A stretch of 64,000 bases of DNA, taken from contig JBHGNT010000029.1 of NCBI GenBank assembly GCA_043228905.1, positions 62,001 through 126,000 on the forward strand, given 5' to 3'. Shown one piece after another: positions 59,801-64,000 of this stretch (position 1 is its first letter; each line of letters begins with the position of its first letter). The stretch comes from Azolla caroliniana (taxonomy: Eukaryota > Plantae > Polypodiophyta). Both the position numbers and the translations under genes were made by a program. Below the pieces are notes generated by a model, which saw nothing but the letters and a program-made list of their open reading frames with translations, searched no databases and was not told where the DNA came from.

Positions 59801-62800
59801 GAAAATCTGTATTTTCGAATTCCATATGATAGCTAGTGTTGTTAGCTTCGATTTGCATCGTTGAACACTAAAATCCGATATCACACGAGCCAGGTATGAC
59901 AATTTTAATTTAGTGACGCGCTCTTCTCAACTCCCTCCTCTAATTTACCAATTCCTTCATGTCTCTCGACCTAAGTTTCAAAATCTTGATTTTCTAACTC
60001 CATATCATAGCTAGTGTTGTTAGCTTCGATTCACATGTTTGAACACAAAAAGACAATATCACACGAGCCAGGTATGAACATTTTAATTTACTCACGCGCT
60101 CTTCTCAATTCCCTCCTCAAATTTGCTAATTTCTTCATGTCTCTCGACCAGAGTTTCAAAATCTTGATTTTTTAATTGCATATCATAACTAGTGTTGTTA
60201 GCTTCGATTCGCATCTTTGAACACTTCAATCCGATATCACACGAGCTAGGTTTGAACATTTTAATTTACTCACGCGCTCTTCTCAACTCCCTCCTCTAAT
60301 TTACTAATTTCTTCATGTCTGTCGACCTGAGTTTCGAAATCTTGATTTTCTAATTCCATATCATAGGTAGTGTTGTTAGCTTCGATTCAGATGTTTGAAC
60401 ACAAAAATACGATATCACACGAGCCAGGTCTGAACATTTTAATTTACTCACGCGCTCTTCTCAATTCCCTCCTCAAATTTGCTAATTTCTTCATGTCTCT
60501 CGACCAGGTATGAACATTTTCATTTACTCACGCGGTCTTCGCATCTCCCTCCTCTACTTTACTAATTTCTTCATGTCTCTCGACGTGAGTTTCAAAATCT
60601 TGATTTTCTAATTCCAAATCATAGCTAGTTTTGTTAGCATCGATTCGCATGTTTGAACACAAAAATCCGATATCACAAGAGCCAGGTATAAACATTTTAA
60701 TTTACTGACTCGCTCTTCTCATCTTTCTCCTCTAATTTTTTAATTTCTTCATGTCTCTCGACCTGAGTTTCAAAATCTTGATTTTCTAATTCCATATCAT
60801 AGGTAGTGTTGTTAGCTTCGATTTGCATGTTTGAAAACTAAAATCCGATATCACACGAGCTAGGTATGACTATTTTAATTTACTGACGCGCTATTCTCAA
60901 CTCCCTCCTCTAATTTACTAATTTCATCATGTCTCTCGACCTGAGTTTCAAAATCTTGATTTTCTAATTCCATATCATAACTAGCGTTGTTAGCTTCGAT
61001 TCGCATGTTTGAACACTAAAATCCGATATCACACGAGCCATGTATGACAATTTTAATTTACTGACAAACTCTTCTCAACTCCCTCCTCTAATTTACTAAT
61101 TTCTTCATGTCTCTCGACCTTAGTTTCAAAATCTTGATTTTCTAATTCCATATCATAGCTAGTGTTGTTAGCTTTGATTCGCGTAGAACACAAAAATAGG
61201 ATATCAAACGAGCCAGGCATGACAATTTTAATTTACTCACGCGCTCTTCTCAACTCCCTCCTCTAATTTACTAATTTCTTCATGTCTCTCGACCTGAGTT
61301 TCAAAATCTTTATTTTCTAATTCCATATCATAACTAGCGTTGTTAGCTTCGATTCGCATGTTTGAACACTAAAATCGGATATCACACGAGCCATGTATGA
61401 CAATTTTAATTTTCTAACGCGCTCTTCTCAACTCCCTCCTTTAATTTACTAATTTCTTCATGTCTCTCGACCTTAGTTTCAAAATCTTGATTTTCTAATT
61501 CCATATTATAGGTAGTCTTGTTACCTTCGATTCGCATGTTTGAACACAAAAATACTATATCACACGAGCCAGGTATGAACATTTTAATTTACTCACGCGC
61601 TCTTCTCAATTCCCTCCTCAAATTTGCTAATTTCTTCATGTCTCTCGACCAGAGTTTCAAAATCTTAATTTTCTAATTTCATATCATAGCTAGTGCTGTT
61701 AGCTTCGATTCGCATCTTTGAACACTTCAATCGGATATTACACGAGCTAGGTATGAACACTTCATGTCTCTTGACCAGAGTTTCAAAATCTTAATTTTCT
61801 AATTTCATATCATAGCTAGTGCTGTTAGCTTCGATTCGCATCTTTGAACACTTCAATCGGATATCACACGTTCTTCTCAACTCCCTCCTCTAATTTACTA
61901 ATTTCTTCATGTCTCTCGACCTGAGTTTCAAAATCTTGATTTTTGAATTCCATATCATAGCTAGTGTTAGGAGCTTCGATTTGCATGTTTGAACACAACA
62001 AACCGATATCACACGAGCCAGGTATGAACATTTTAATTTACTCACGCGCTCTTTTCAACTCCCTCCTCTAATTTACTAATTTCATCATGTGTCTCGACCT
62101 GAGTTACAAAATCTGTATTTTCTAATTCGATATCATAGCTAGTGTTGTTAGCTTCGATTCGCATGTTTGAACACTAAAATCCGATATCACACGAGCCAGG
62201 TATGAACATTTTAATTTACTCACGCGCTCTTCTCAACTCCCTCCTCTAATTTACTAATTTCTTCATGTCTCTTGACCTGAGTTTCGAAATCTTGATTTTC
62301 TAATTCCATATCATAGGTAGTGTTGTTAGCTTCGATTCAGATGTTTGAACACAAAAATACGATATCACACGAGCCAGGTCTGAACATTTTAATTTACTCA
62401 CGCGCTCTTCTCAATTCCCTCCTCAAATTTGCTAATTTCTTCATGTCTCTCGACCAGGTATGAACATTTTCATTTACTCACGCGGTCTTCGCATCTCCCT
62501 CCTCTACTTTACTAATTTCTTCATGTCTCTCGACGTGAGTTTCAAAATCTTGATTTTCTAATTCCAAATCATAGCTAGTGTTGTTAGCATCGATTCGCAT
62601 GTTTGAACACAAAAATCCGATATCACAAGAGCCAGGTATAAACATTTTAATTTACTGACTCGCTCTTCTCAACTTTCTCCTCTAATTTTTTAATTTCTTC
62701 ATGTCTCTCGACCTGAGTTTCAAAATCTTGATTTTCTAATTCCATATCATAGGTAGTGTTGTTAGCTTCGATTTGCATGTTTGAAAACTAAAATCCGATA

Positions 62801-64000
62801 TCACACGAGCTAGGTATGACAATTTTAATTTACTGACGCGCTATTCTCAACTCCCTCCTCTAATTTACTAATTTCATCATGTCTCTCGACCTGAGTTTCA
62901 AAATCTTGATTTTCTAATTCCATATCATAACTAGCGTTGTTAGCTTCGATTCGCATGTTTGAACACTAAAATCCGATATCACACGAGCCATGTATGACAA
63001 TTTTAATTTACTGACACGCTCTTCTCAACTCCCTCCTCTAATTTACTAATTTCTTTATGTCTCTCGACCTTAGTTTCAAAATCTTGATTTTCTAATTCCA
63101 TATCATAGCTAGTGTTGTTAGCTTTGATTCGCGTAGAACACAAAAATAGGATATCAAACGAGCCAGGCATGACAATTTTAATTTACTCACGCGCTCTTCT
63201 CAACTCCCTCCTCTAATTTACTAATTTCTTCATGTCTCTCGACCTGAGTTTCAAAATCTTGATTTTCTAATTCCATATCATAACTAACGTTGTTAGCTTC
63301 GATTCGCATGTTTGAACACTTAAATCGGATATCACACGAGCCATGTATGACAATTTTAATTTTCTAACGCGCTCTTCTCAACTCCCTCCTCTAATTTACT
63401 AATTTCTTCATGTCTCTCGACCTTAGTTTCAAAATCTTGATTTTCTAATTCCATATTATAGGTAGTCTTGTTACCTTCGATTCGCATGTTTGAACACAAA
63501 AATACTATATCACACGAGCCAGGTATGAACATTTTAATTTACTCACGCGCTCTTCTCAATTCCCTCCTCAAATTTGCTAATTTCTTCATGTCTCTCGACC
63601 AGAGTTTCAAAATCTTAATTTTCTAATTTCATATCATAGCTAGTGCTGTTAGCTTCGATTCGCATCTTTGAACACTTCAATCGGATATCACACGAGCTAG
63701 GTATGAATATTTTCATTTACTCACGCGCTCTTCTCAACTCCCTCCTCTATATTTACTAATTTCTTCATGTCTCTCGACCTGAGTTTCAAAATCTTGATTT
63801 TCTAATTCCATATCATAACTAGGGTTGTTAGCTTCGATTCGCATGTTTGAACACTAAAATCCGATATCACACGAGCCATGTATGACAATTTTAATTTACT
63901 GACACGCTCTTCTCAACTCCCTCCTCTAATTTACTAATTTCTTCATGTCTCTCGACCTTAGTTTCAAAATCTTGATTTTCTAATTCCATATCATAGCTAG
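38842..64000. repeat. 178-bp tandem satellite array, right arm (type B, more diverged, with higher-order repeats)
   Basis: Same monomer and orientation as the left arm, with diagnostic variants GACAATTTT, CTCAACTCCCTCCTCTAATTTAC, ATCATAGCTAGTGTTG and CACTAAAATCC. Confidence 0.98.
47500..57750. repeat. 13-monomer (2314-bp) higher-order repeat block, preceded by an 11-monomer (1958-bp) variant
   Basis: The variant CAGTTATGAC occurs at 49131, 51445, 53759 and 56073 (spacing 2314). TACTAACACGCTCTTGTC occurs at 48083, 50041, 52355, 54669 and 56983 (1958, then 2314 x3). Block edges are approximate. Confidence 0.9.

Overview
This is eukaryotic repetitive DNA with no host genes; the organism is not identifiable from the sequence. 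About 50 kb is a 178-bp tandem satellite, centromere-like in size and organisation, in two subfamilies: a homogeneous type A (1-~23.6 kb) and a more diverged type B (~23.6-24.7 kb and 38.8-64 kb), both with higher-order repeats. It is interrupted at 24840-38841 by a head-to-tail array of about 2.5 near-identical 5.6-kb retroelements on the minus strand. Each full unit encodes an 844-aa ORF1 (helical N-terminus, long Pro/Asn/His low-complexity region) and a Penelope-like (PLE) reverse transcriptase with no GIY-YIG endonuclease, i.e. the Athena/Coprina-type EN-deficient architecture normally found at telomeres. Signals visible in the sequence are: (1) a -1 ribosomal frameshift cassette (A_AAA_AAC plus a 12-bp hairpin) joining ORF1 to RT; (2) a hammerhead ribozyme motif in each 3' UTR; (3) C-rich telomere-like tracts on the sense strand, in both the 3' UTR and ORF1; (4) no target-site duplication; (5) a 7-bp microhomology at the truncated 5' end; (6) an out-of-place patch of type-A satellite at the 3' end. 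Together these suggest, as an inference, a telomere-type endonuclease-less retroelement that has integrated into, or healed a break in, satellite DNA, possibly guided by satellite homology. All short ORFs in the satellite are artefacts.
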